Source of the DNA: Myxococcota bacterium
GTDB taxonomy: Bacteria > Myxococcota > Myxococcia > Myxococcales > Myxococcaceae
NCBI GenBank assembly: GCA_049322255.1
Contig: JBMORE010000030.1
Coordinates: 1-32,382, forward strand
Reading direction: 5' to 3'
DNA length: 32,382 nucleotides
The position numbers were made by a program, and so were the translations under genes. Shown here in pieces: positions 19,039 through 27,412 of this stretch (position 1 is the first letter of the stretch; each line of letters begins with the position of its first letter). Below the pieces are notes generated by a model. It saw only the letters and a program-made list of their open reading frames with translations. It had not been told where the DNA came from and made no database searches.

Positions 19039-19445
19039 GTGGGCGCCCCTCACCCTTGCCCTCTCCCAGGGGGAGAGGGATGCAGTGGGCGCTGGCGGGG
19101 GTGGCGGGAATTGGAGTGGCAGGAGTGGTGGCGGCGAAGCTCCTGGCGGAAGGGTCGGAGCGGCAGGCGGCGTTGTTGGGTGTGGGGCTGGCGGCGGCGA
19201 GCGGTGGACTGGCGCTGTGGCTCAAGCGGCGAGCGGTGAGAGAAAGCTTGCAGGCGGCGCTCAAGGCAGTGGGAGTGATGTTCGCGGTGCGGGTGGTGCT
19301 GGTGGCGGTAGGGGTGTGGTGGGTGGCGCGGCAGGGGTTGGGCCCGACGGCCTTCGTGGTCGGGTTTTTCGGCGTGTACTTCGTCGTGCAGTGGGTGGAG
19401 ATTGGTTTTCTCCTCGCCGAGCAGAAGCGGCGCGGGGCTTCGTGA
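19035..19445 (+). CDS. ATP synthase I-chain-like four-TM protein
   Basis: four hydrophobic helices, located between the atpZ-like gene and atpB; start GTG 19035 (overlaps the upstream stop) or ATG 19080. Confidence 0.75.
   Translation: MSGRPSPLPSPRGRGMQWALAGVAGIGVAGVVAAKLLAEGSERQAALLGVGLAAASGGLALWLKRRAVRESLQAALKAVGVMFAVRVVLVAVGVWWVARQGLGPTAFVVGFFGVYFVVQWVEIGFLLAEQKRRGAS
19042..19080 (+). repeat. 39-bp palindromic REP-like element, copy 2
   Basis: GGCGCCCCTCACCCTTG-CCCTCTCCC-AGG-GGGAGAGGG-A; 35/39 identical to 5871-5909. Confidence 0.85.
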
Positions 19446-19455
19446 GGAACGCGAG

Positions 19456-20487
19456 ATGAAGGCGGCGATGAAGACCTGGGGGGTGCTGACGGCGGCGATG
19501 CTGGCGACGGGCGCGTTCGCCTCGGGAGGTGAGGGCGAGCACGGAGAGAGCGTGCCCGATTACATCCTCCACCACGTGTCCGACGACTCGGTCTACGAAT
19601 TCGAAATTCCGGCGCCGTTTTATACCGGCCACAACCCGCACATCGACCTGGCGAAGACCTTTCACTTTCTGCAGTTCGAGCTGAAGCCGGGAGCGTGCAG
19701 CCCCACTCCGGTGCACGGTGCCGGCCTGTGGAGCGAGCTCTTCGCCGGCTGCATCGACCTGCGCCCCACCAAGCACGTGCTGATGATGTGGATAGGCGCG
19801 CTCCTGCTCCTGGTGGCGCTCCTCACCGGCACCCACCGCGACAAGACCAAGCTCGTTCCCCACGGAGTGGGAAAGAACTTCTTCGAGATTCTGGTGCTCT
19901 TCGTGCGCGACGAAATCGCCATCAAGAACATCGGCAAAGAAGAGGGCCCCCGCTACACGCCCTACCTGCTCACCGCGTTCTTCTTCATCCTCTTCATGAA
20001 CCTGCTCGGGCTGGTGCCCTTCATGGCCACCGCCACCGGTAACTTGGCCATCACTGCCGGCTTGGCCACCTGCACCTTCGTCATCACCCAGTTGGCGGGC
20101 ATCCGTGCCGCGGGGCTGGGCGGATACTTGAAGCACCTCACCGGCGGAGTGCACTGGGCGCTTTGGCCAATCATGGTTCCGGTGGAGGTGCTCGGTCTGT
20201 TCACCAAACCCTTCGCCCTCACCGTGCGTCTGTTCGCCAACATGCTCGCCGGCCACGTGGTGCTCTTCTTCATCCTCGCTCTCATCTTCCTCCTCCACGG
20301 GGGGATGGCGGTGGTGAGCGTGCCGATGGCGGTAGGCATCTACATGCTCGAGCTCTTCGTGGCCTTCGTGCAGGCCTACGTCTTCACCATGTTGTCAGCG
20401 CTCTTCATCGGCATGAGCGTGGCGATGGGCCACCACCACGACGAAGAGCATCACACGCCCGAGGGCGCGCACGCCCATGGCAGCTGA
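19456..20487 (+). CDS. atpB: F0F1 ATP synthase subunit a
   Basis: KPFALTVRLFANMLAGH, ELFVAFVQAYVFTMLS. Confidence 0.97.
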   Translation: MKAAMKTWGVLTAAMLATGAFASGGEGEHGESVPDYILHHVSDDSVYEFEIPAPFYTGHNPHIDLAKTFHFLQFELKPGACSPTPVHGAGLWSELFAGCIDLRPTKHVLMMWIGALLLLVALLTGTHRDKTKLVPHGVGKNFFEILVLFVRDEIAIKNIGKEEGPRYTPYLLTAFFFILFMNLLGLVPFMATATGNLAITAGLATCTFVITQLAGIRAAGLGGYLKHLTGGVHWALWPIMVPVEVLGLFTKPFALTVRLFANMLAGHVVLFFILALIFLLHGGMAVVSVPMAVGIYMLELFVAFVQAYVFTMLSALFIGMSVAMGHHHDEEHHTPEGAHAHGS

Positions 20488-20499
20488 ACCAAGGACCCG

Positions 20500-20567
20500 C
20501 TGGAGGAAGGCCTCCAGGCGGAGGTAGCACCCGATGGGCCGAACCGACCCCCCCGAAAAGTGGGTCG
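20500..20567 (+). other. two intercistronic hairpins upstream of atpE
   Basis: CTGGAGG-AAGG-CCTCCAG (20500-20517) and CGACCC...GGGTCG (20545-20567). Confidence 0.45.
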
Positions 20568-20595
20568 AGCAAGAAGGAAGGAAGCTGTGGAGACT

Positions 20596-20826
20596 ATGAA
20601 TCCTTTGACCCTCGCGTATTTCGCCGCCGGCATCGGTGCTGGCATCGCCATCATCGGCGCCGGCTCGGGCATCGGTAAGCTCGCCGCCGCCGCCATGGAA
20701 GGCACCGCCCGCCAGCCCTCGGCCGGTGGCGACATTCGCACCACGATGATCATCGCCGCGGCGCTCATCGAAGGCGCCACGCTGTTCGCCCTGGTGGTGT
20801 GCATCCTCCTCGCGGTGAAGGCCTAA
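20596..20826 (+). CDS. atpE: F0F1 ATP synthase subunit c
   Basis: GxGxGxG helix, ARQP loop, ALIEG carrying the ion-binding Glu; GGAG RBS. Confidence 0.97.
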   Translation: MNPLTLAYFAAGIGAGIAIIGAGSGIGKLAAAAMEGTARQPSAGGDIRTTMIIAAALIEGATLFALVVCILLAVKA

Positions 20827-20849
20827 GCGCCGCGTTCGTCACGAAAACC

Positions 20850-20879
20850 GGTGTCCGGCGTCAGATGGCGCCGGGCACC
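20850..20879 (+). terminator. strong hairpin after atpE (mRNA stabiliser or partial terminator)
   Basis: 13-bp stem with 2 G-U pairs, GGTGTCCGGCGTC-AGAT-GGCGCCGGGCACC, followed by TTCT. Confidence 0.6.
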
Positions 20880-20896
20880 TTCTCGAAGGTGAATTC

Positions 20897-21436
20897 ATGA
20901 GCCCCCTCCTTCTCGCCGCCGCCAGCTTCCTCGACATCCGCCCCGGCCTCATCTTCTGGACCATCGTCACCTTCATCGTGGTGGCGCTCGTCTTGCGGGC
21001 CAAGGCGTGGAAGCCCATCCTCGACCTGGTGGAGGAGCGCGAGAAACAGATTTCCAACGCCGTCGAGTCGGCGAAGAAAGAGCGCGCCGAGGCCGAGCGG
21101 CTGCTCGCCGAGCAGAAGACCGCCATCGCCGAAGCGCGCCGCGAGGCCGCCGAGCTGATGCGCAAGAACCAGGCGGAGATGGAGAAGTTCCGCGACGAGC
21201 TGATGGCCAAGAGCCGCAAAGAGGCCGAAACCCTCAAGCAGGAGGCGACCCGCGCCATCGCCGACGAGCGGGCCAAGGCGGTGGCGGAGGTGAAGGCCGA
21301 GGCGGTCAACCTGGCCATTCAAATCGCCGAGAAGCTGCTTGGTGAGAAGCTCGACGACACCAAGCACCGCGCGATGGCCGAGCAGTTCATCGCCCAGCTG
21401 CCGGCCAAGGACGCCGGCGTGCGCCCCGTGGCGTGA
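20897..21436 (+). CDS. atpF: F0F1 ATP synthase subunit b
   Basis: PGLIFWTIVTF TM helix, AWKPIL, long A/E/K coiled coil. Confidence 0.95.
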   Translation: MSPLLLAAASFLDIRPGLIFWTIVTFIVVALVLRAKAWKPILDLVEEREKQISNAVESAKKERAEAERLLAEQKTAIAEARREAAELMRKNQAEMEKFRDELMAKSRKEAETLKQEATRAIADERAKAVAEVKAEAVNLAIQIAEKLLGEKLDDTKHRAMAEQFIAQLPAKDAGVRPVA

Positions 21437-21457
21437 GCCGTTAGGCGTTTACGCTCC

Positions 21458-22567
21458 GTGGGACTTTCTATCGGCATCGTCGGGCTGCCCAACGTGGGCA
21501 AGTCCACCCTCTTCAACGCCCTCTCCTCGGCCGGCGCCCAGGCGGCCAACTACCCTTTCTGCACCATCGAACCGAACATCGGCGTGGTGCCGGTGCCCGA
21601 TGAGCGGCTCGACCGCATCTCCGCGCTGGTGAAGCCGGAGAAGACCATCCCCACCTCGCTGGAGTTCGTGGACATCGCCGGCCTGGTGCGTGGCGCCTCC
21701 AAGGGCGAGGGCCTGGGCAATCAATTTCTCGCCAACATCCGTCAGGTCGACGCGGTGCTGTACGTCTTGCGCTGCTTCGTCGACGAGAACGTCACCCACG
21801 TGGAGGGCAGCGTCGACCCCGCGCGGGACAAAGACGTGGTGGACACCGAGCTGTGCCTCAAAGACTTGGAGACGGTGGAGAAGCGTAAAGAGAAGACGCA
21901 GCGCTCCGCCAAGGCGCCGGGCAAAGAAGGCGAGGTGGCCAAGCTGGAGCTGGCGGTGCTGGAGAAGGTGAAGGCAGGGCTCGACGCCGCCATCCCAGTG
22001 CGGGCACAGAAGCTCTCCGAAGAGGAACGGGCGCTGCTCGCCGACCTCTTCTTACTCACCGCCAAGCCGGTGTTGTACGTGGCGAACATCTCCGAGTCGC
22101 AGGTGGGGAAAGAGAAGGACGACCCGCTGGTGGCGAAGGTGAAAGCCATCGCCGACGCTGAAGGGGCCGAGATGGTGGCGCTCGCCGCCGCGCTGGAGGC
22201 GGAGATTCAGCAACTGCCCCCCGAGGAGCGGCCGAGCTTTTTGGAGAGCGTGGGCCTGTCCGAGCCTGGGTTGCACAAGGTGGTGCGCGCCGGCTACCGG
22301 CTCTTGGGGTTACAGACCTACTTCACCGTCGGCCCCAAGGAGTGCCGCGCCTGGACCATCAAGAAAGGCTGGCGGGCGCCGCAGGCGGCGGGAGTCATTC
22401 ACTCCGACTTCGAGCGCGGCTTCATCAAGGCGGAAGTCATCCGCTGGCAGGACCTGGTGGAGCTCGGCTCGGAAAGCGCGGTGCGCGAAAAGGGCCTTTT
22501 ACGCATCGAGGGCAAGGAGTACGTCGTTCAAGACGGCGACTGCATGCACTTTCGCTTCAACGTCTAA
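21458..22567 (+). CDS. ychF: redox-regulated ATPase YchF
   Basis: GIVGLPNVGKSTLFN, ANYPFCTIEPN, DIAGLV, GLGNQFL, GKEYVVQDGD, FRFNV. Confidence 0.98.
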   Translation: MGLSIGIVGLPNVGKSTLFNALSSAGAQAANYPFCTIEPNIGVVPVPDERLDRISALVKPEKTIPTSLEFVDIAGLVRGASKGEGLGNQFLANIRQVDAVLYVLRCFVDENVTHVEGSVDPARDKDVVDTELCLKDLETVEKRKEKTQRSAKAPGKEGEVAKLELAVLEKVKAGLDAAIPVRAQKLSEEERALLADLFLLTAKPVLYVANISESQVGKEKDDPLVAKVKAIADAEGAEMVALAAALEAEIQQLPPEERPSFLESVGLSEPGLHKVVRAGYRLLGLQTYFTVGPKECRAWTIKKGWRAPQAAGVIHSDFERGFIKAEVIRWQDLVELGSESAVREKGLLRIEGKEYVVQDGDCMHFRFNV

Positions 22568-22586
22568 CCACTCGCCGACGTCGACC

Positions 22587-25500
22587 TCATTGCCTGCGGC
22601 GGCTCCTTCGCAACGCCGGCAGCAGCCAGAGACAGCCGAGCAAGATGCTCAGGTCGGCGCCCGAAGAACAGCCACAACGGCGAAGCTCGCCACTGGAATC
22701 GGACGGGTTCTCCGCAGAACCGGCTCCTGCGTCTTCGCCGCCACTTCCGGCATCGGCCCCAGGTGCATTGCCGCTTACAAATTCAAAAGCTCCCCTGTCC
22801 CACACTCCGTCTGCGCCACGCACATTGCCAAAGGCATCGACGTTGTATGGAGCCTGCAAAGTGATGCCGGCACTGGTTGGTCCTACGAGAGTCACATCGC
22901 CATCAGAGAGATTGGTGAATGGATTGCCAGCTTCAGCCTGCCGGTTGGTTTCCGGTGGAGTGTTCGTTGTACTGAAATAGGCGTTATAGTCGTGCGTCGG
23001 GGTGGAACGCATGTCCGCCGTCATGTTGTAAAGCAAGTTGTTGTAGACAGTCGACTGCACCGCCGTCCCAATCCAGCCGCCATAACCATAAGGACTTTGG
23101 ACGTTGACGAAGGTGTTGTTGTAGACGACGCCCGTCATCTCCTGAGTCCCGTATCCGTTGATGACTCCGGTGATGCAGCCATCCCCGAACCGCATGTCTT
23201 TAAAAACGTTGCCATATATATAATAAGGCCCGGCATCGTCGTTGAGGACCACGATACACGCCGTTCCGGAAGTGCGGCCCTCGAACCAGTTGTATCGAAC
23301 GGTGAGGGCGGTGAGGTTGGAGAAGTTGTTGTTGATGTCCTCGCCATGGTTCGCTGCGGAGCTGAATCCATCAAGAACGACGTTGTACTCGACCAGCCAG
23401 TTGCTCATCGACTGCCCTGGCGAGGTTGCCCAAATGAAATTGGACCAGCCGCTGCCGTAGTTGTGACTGATGGTCACGCCGTTCACCGATCTGGTGCTGT
23501 TGTCTGTCTGTACAAAAAACTTCTCGACATCTCCCGCTGGAGCTGTCGCCGCAACATGGGAGACTTTAATGCCAGAAATATCCATATTGGTGTTGTAGAT
23601 GGAAACGGGATACCGCATGGTGGTAAATGCGAATCCGTATTGAGATGCCGATTTCGACATCACCGGCCCGACGGAGCCATCGAAAACCCAGTTGGACGTG
23701 TTGAATGTGACTCCTGATGTCCAAGTCGCCTGGGTGTTATCGACAGAATAACTGTTGTTCCATCCGACATCGGAGCCATGGTCTGCGATGGTTGCTCCTT
23801 TGATGGTGATTGCGATTGACCCCGACATGGCAGTGTCGAAGGTCCTTCCGGCATAAGAACCGCCCGCGACATAATAGGTATCCCCTCGAACGAGCGCCGT
23901 AGGCAGTGAAGTGTAAGCGTTCGTCCAGCTCGTACCGTCATTGGCTCCTGCTGCCCCTGCACGGACGTGGTGGTTGGCTGCTTCCGCGCTCGCTGCGCCG
24001 AGAGAAAGCAACGCTAGAAGGAAATAGCAGTTTATCTGCTTGGGGCGGCGTCTCCAAGCTGCCGGCAGCAGCAAGAGACAGCTGAGTAAGACACTCAGAT
24101 CGGCTCCCGAAGAACAACCACAGCCGCGAAGCTCGTCACCGGACTCAGCCTCGCCTTCCTCAGAACCGGTTCCTGCGTCACCGCCGCCGCCATCCCCCCC
24201 GGGTTCGACGCCGCCTCCTGCGTCGGTCTCAGGCGCACCACCGCCATCGGAGCCCCCGCCCAATCCTCCGTCGCACGAATTCGATGCGGGCAGGCAGGCG
24301 CCAGCTCCATCGCACTGGTCTCCGGTCGTACACGCCAGCCCGTCATCGCAAGTGTCCCTTTCGGGCTTGGGTGGGTAGCTGCACGACCCGGCGATGCACC
24401 GTGCACCCGCTGCGGCGCGACATGCCGGCGGTTGCGTACACTCGCCGTCGATGGCGCAGGCGGGAACGTATTCGTAGGCGCCCATGTCCCAGAGGCCGTC
24501 GGCGCCACGGGGATTGCCCACAAGGTCGGTGTTGTATGGCGCTCCCAAAGTGCTGTTTCCGGCCGCGGTGGGGCCAGCAAGGCGAAAGTCGGCGCCGGCG
24601 TAGTCCACGAAGGGGTTGGCCGAAGACGTCTGACCGTTCGGCTCGGAAAGGGTCACATCGGCACGGTTGTAGTCGTGGGTCGTGTTCGCGAACCCAACCC
24701 GTGTGTTCTTAAAGAACAGGTTGTTTTGTGCCACCCAGCCTGACGTATTCCCGATGCCGATGTATCCGTCTGTTCCGGCGAAGGTGTTGTTGTAGATGAA
24801 CACATTCCGCGTCTGCTGCTCGGCGGTCCAATTGGCAATCACACCGTTGGCGTTCCCCCAGGAGCTGGTCCAGCGGAAGATGTTTCCGTAGATGTAGATG
24901 CCATCGCCTCCGGACATGATGAGGCATCCGGTAGACCGGAAGTTGTTGACGTAGTTGTGTCGGAAGGTCACGTTCGTCAGCGAGCTTGGCGACGTGTGAT
25001 TGGCTGACCAAATCTCTCCATGCTGAGTGGCCGTCGTCCCAATCGTGCAGTCCCTGAAGAATGTGTGCTCGATGGTGATGTTCGACCATCTAGACCTCGT
25101 TCCCAGCGCTACCCGTCCCGCACGGTTGAAGCGGCAGTGGCTGAACGTGATGTTGCTCGCATCATAGAGCCCATAGACAGCGTCCTGTCCGACGGCGACC
25201 GCGTCTCCCGCGGGAAATGCCAGGGTGTCATTGTAGTCGTAGGAAAAGTCGATGTGCCGCAAGGTAATGTTGGAGATGGTCTGATTGAAACGAACCAGTT
25301 TCGCGAAGGCGGCATTGGTCGTCACCCGCACGCGGATTCCAAAGCCCCCATTCCAGCTGCCACTGCCGCCGCCAGTTTGTCCGTCGATTTCGTAGTAGCT
25401 GGTGGAAAAAGAGATGGGGTTGAGCTCGGCGGGCCCGTCGGCGTAGGAGACGTTCCAGCCGGTCTCGGTGCCGTGATCGGCAGCGGTCGCTTTCTTGACG

Positions 25501-25775
25501 TAGATGAACGTCGTCCCGGCTTGGGCATCGTCGAAGGTGTAACCGCCATAGGTGCCGGCAGAGAGGTAGTAGGTGTCGCCGCGGACCAAGGTGGCAGGCA
25601 GCGAGGTATAGGCATTCGTCCAATCTGAACCGGAGCCGCTGCCATTGGCGCCGGCGCGAACGTAGCGAGTCGCTGCCCCTGCACTCCCCGGCAAGCCGAC
25701 GAGCATGCCCAGTAAGGCCAGCCCAACCGCTCGGAATCTCCACCCTTTTTCTACAAGGAAGCGGAAGGCGCACAT
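22587..25775 (-). CDS. 1062-aa two-module surface polyprotein: [signal - beta-helix/choice-of-anchor-Q-like - Cys-rich - linker - MYXO-CTERM] fused to [signal - beta-helix - linker - MYXO-CTERM]
   Basis: two homologous YVRAG..WTNAYTSLP..LVRGDTYY ... YGNxF..YNNTF ... RGADGxWDxGA[YF]E modules; two xCGCSSGADLS + hydrophobic + RRR tails; start ATG 25775 inferred. Confidence 0.85.
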   Translation of the reverse strand: MCAFRFLVEKGWRFRAVGLALLGMLVGLPGSAGAATRYVRAGANGSGSGSDWTNAYTSLPATLVRGDTYYLSAGTYGGYTFDDAQAGTTFIYVKKATAADHGTETGWNVSYADGPAELNPISFSTSYYEIDGQTGGGSGSWNGGFGIRVRVTTNAAFAKLVRFNQTISNITLRHIDFSYDYNDTLAFPAGDAVAVGQDAVYGLYDASNITFSHCRFNRAGRVALGTRSRWSNITIEHTFFRDCTIGTTATQHGEIWSANHTSPSSLTNVTFRHNYVNNFRSTGCLIMSGGDGIYIYGNIFRWTSSWGNANGVIANWTAEQQTRNVFIYNNTFAGTDGYIGIGNTSGWVAQNNLFFKNTRVGFANTTHDYNRADVTLSEPNGQTSSANPFVDYAGADFRLAGPTAAGNSTLGAPYNTDLVGNPRGADGLWDMGAYEYVPACAIDGECTQPPACRAAAGARCIAGSCSYPPKPERDTCDDGLACTTGDQCDGAGACLPASNSCDGGLGGGSDGGGAPETDAGGGVEPGGDGGGGDAGTGSEEGEAESGDELRGCGCSSGADLSVLLSCLLLLPAAWRRRPKQINCYFLLALLSLGAASAEAANHHVRAGAAGANDGTSWTNAYTSLPTALVRGDTYYVAGGSYAGRTFDTAMSGSIAITIKGATIADHGSDVGWNNSYSVDNTQATWTSGVTFNTSNWVFDGSVGPVMSKSASQYGFAFTTMRYPVSIYNTNMDISGIKVSHVAATAPAGDVEKFFVQTDNSTRSVNGVTISHNYGSGWSNFIWATSPGQSMSNWLVEYNVVLDGFSSAANHGEDINNNFSNLTALTVRYNWFEGRTSGTACIVVLNDDAGPYYIYGNVFKDMRFGDGCITGVINGYGTQEMTGVVYNNTFVNVQSPYGYGGWIGTAVQSTVYNNLLYNMTADMRSTPTHDYNAYFSTTNTPPETNRQAEAGNPFTNLSDGDVTLVGPTSAGITLQAPYNVDAFGNVRGADGVWDRGAFEFVSGNAPGADAGSGGEDAGAGSAENPSDSSGELRRCGCSSGADLSILLGCLWLLPALRRSRRRQ
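22615..22697 (-). repeat. MYXO-CTERM-coding direct repeat, copy A
   Basis: 71/83 identical by hand alignment to 24061-24143. Confidence 0.85.
24061..24143 (-). repeat. MYXO-CTERM-coding direct repeat, copy B (internal)
   Basis: 71/83 identical to 22615-22697. Confidence 0.85.
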
Positions 25776-25814
25776 GCTGGGCTCCAAGGCTATGATGCTC
25801 GAGGGCTTCCACAC

Positions 25815-26804
25815 GTGAAAACCTTGCACCCGTCTTTGGCCCTGCTGTCGGGTCTTTTGGCGAGTGGCGTCTTCGCATCGAACCCGCAGGACGAATGCGA
25901 CCTCGATGCGCAAGTCGCCGCGACCATCGACAGACTTTCGAAGGCTTCGGTGGCGGAGCGCTTTCGCTGGCGCGTAGGTCGACGCGATGACCTGCTTTCC
26001 ATCACGTTGGCCGACCTGGGCGAGCGGCCCATCAAGCAACGCGAGGTCGAGGCGCCTCCGTCCTGCCACGCAGCGGCAGAGCTCGCCGCGACGCTCATTG
26101 TCGCCTGGATGAGCGAGCTGCCCACCGCGGAGCTTCCCTCGGCGCCGCGGGCGGTCAAACCGCCGGCTGCCCCGGTGCGGCGACACCCACCCAGCAATCA
26201 GGCTCCTCCGCCGGCTCCTCCGGCACCTCCCCAACCGGAGCCGCCTGCCCCCCACGTCGAAGTGGTTTCCGTGGAGCCAACACCACCGCCTTCCCCGTCG
26301 CGTGCTGGGGGATGGGACACCTCCCTGAGCCTGGACTTCAAGGGACAATGGGCGGGCACGCTCGCTCCCGCCGCCGCGCTTAGCGTCGACGTCGGCGAGC
26401 GCTGGGGCGGGTTTCTCGAGCTGGAGGGCATCTGGCCGCGCCGCGCTGCCTTCTTCGAGGGCGCGGTGAATTGGCAGCGCTCCTCGGTGGGGCTCGGCGC
26501 GCGCCGGCGGTTCGTTTGGGGTCGACTGTTCCTCGAGCCTGGGGTCAGTGCGGCCATGGTGCTGATGGTCGTTTGGGGCCAGGGCTTCGCGGTCGACCGT
26601 CGTCAGCTCGGCATCGACGTCGCCGGCTGCGCGAGGTTGCATGCGGGCGTGGAGTGGGAACCCGCTGTCGCTCTCTTCGTGGGAAGCCGCGGCTGTCTGT
26701 GGCGGTCCAACACGGCGCAAGTGGTGGGGGAGAGCCAATGGTTCCAATTTCCTCGCGGAGAGCTCTCGGCCGTGATGGGTGTGAGTTGGAGGTTTTTGCG
26801 GTGA
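25815..26804 (+). CDS. exported protein with Pro-rich linker and probable C-terminal outer-membrane beta-barrel
   Basis: signal ending GVFA|S; PPPAPPAPPQPEPPAP; alternating amphipathic strands ending GVSWRFLR. Confidence 0.75.
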   Translation: MKTLHPSLALLSGLLASGVFASNPQDECDLDAQVAATIDRLSKASVAERFRWRVGRRDDLLSITLADLGERPIKQREVEAPPSCHAAAELAATLIVAWMSELPTAELPSAPRAVKPPAAPVRRHPPSNQAPPPAPPAPPQPEPPAPHVEVVSVEPTPPPSPSRAGGWDTSLSLDFKGQWAGTLAPAAALSVDVGERWGGFLELEGIWPRRAAFFEGAVNWQRSSVGLGARRRFVWGRLFLEPGVSAAMVLMVVWGQGFAVDRRQLGIDVAGCARLHAGVEWEPAVALFVGSRGCLWRSNTAQVVGESQWFQFPRGELSAVMGVSWRFLR

Positions 26805-27412
26805 AAGGTCCTGGGCGCCCAAGGCCCACAACCGATGTGCTCCAGGCCGCCACCACCCAGCCTTGGCAGGTCCGTCAAGTGACGGCCGCCCACCCGACGC
26901 TGGAGGCGGTGTACCGGGAGTACGCCTTGGTGGTGGCCCGCTGGGCCGCGCGGTTGGGAGGTGGGCACTTGGACCCGGCCGACGTCACCCAAGACGTCTT
27001 CCTCAAAGTGGAGCGGGAGCTGCCCGCGTTTCGCGGCGACGCCAAGCTCTCCACCTGGCTGTACCAAATCACCCTGAACGTGGTTCGCACCCGCAGGCGA
27101 ACGGAGGCGTTTCGACGGCTGTTTCGCGCCCCCGCCGACGAAGGGTTGACGGTCTCCGACAGCCGGCCGCTGCCGTCGGATGAGCTCAGCCGTCGAGAAA
27201 CCTCCCGCCGCTTGCACCAGGTGCTCAATCGACTCAACGAGCGCTATCGCCAGGTGTTGGTGCTGTTCGAAATCGAGGGACGCAGCGGACAGGAAGTGGC
27301 CGATCTGATGCGCGCGCCCGTCGACAATGTCTGGGTTTGGCTGACCCGCGCTCGAGCGGCGTTCGCCAAACACCTCGAGCGTCTGGAAGCCGAGGAGGAA
27401 AAGGGGAAATGA
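26801..27412 (+). CDS. ECF sigma-70 family RNA polymerase sigma factor
   Basis: DVTQDVFL, FRGDAKLSTWLYQI, RQVLVLFEIEGRSGQEVA, LTRAR; GGAGG RBS and GTGA overlap. Confidence 0.93.
   Translation: MKGPGRPRPTTDVLQAATTQPWQVRQVTAAHPTLEAVYREYALVVARWAARLGGGHLDPADVTQDVFLKVERELPAFRGDAKLSTWLYQITLNVVRTRRRTEAFRRLFRAPADEGLTVSDSRPLPSDELSRRETSRRLHQVLNRLNERYRQVLVLFEIEGRSGQEVADLMRAPVDNVWVWLTRARAAFAKHLERLEAEEEKGK

Noticed and set aside
20596..20826. Possible Na+-coupled or N-type ATPase
   Set aside because: Subunit c has IEGA rather than the ES/T plus Gln Na+ signature, and the N-ATPase gene order is absent.
25776..26831. First 352 aa of the 1414-aa minus-strand ORF
   Set aside because: Antisense shadow of the + strand barrel gene; low-complexity R/G/P sequence. 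The real protein begins at the signal peptide near 25775.
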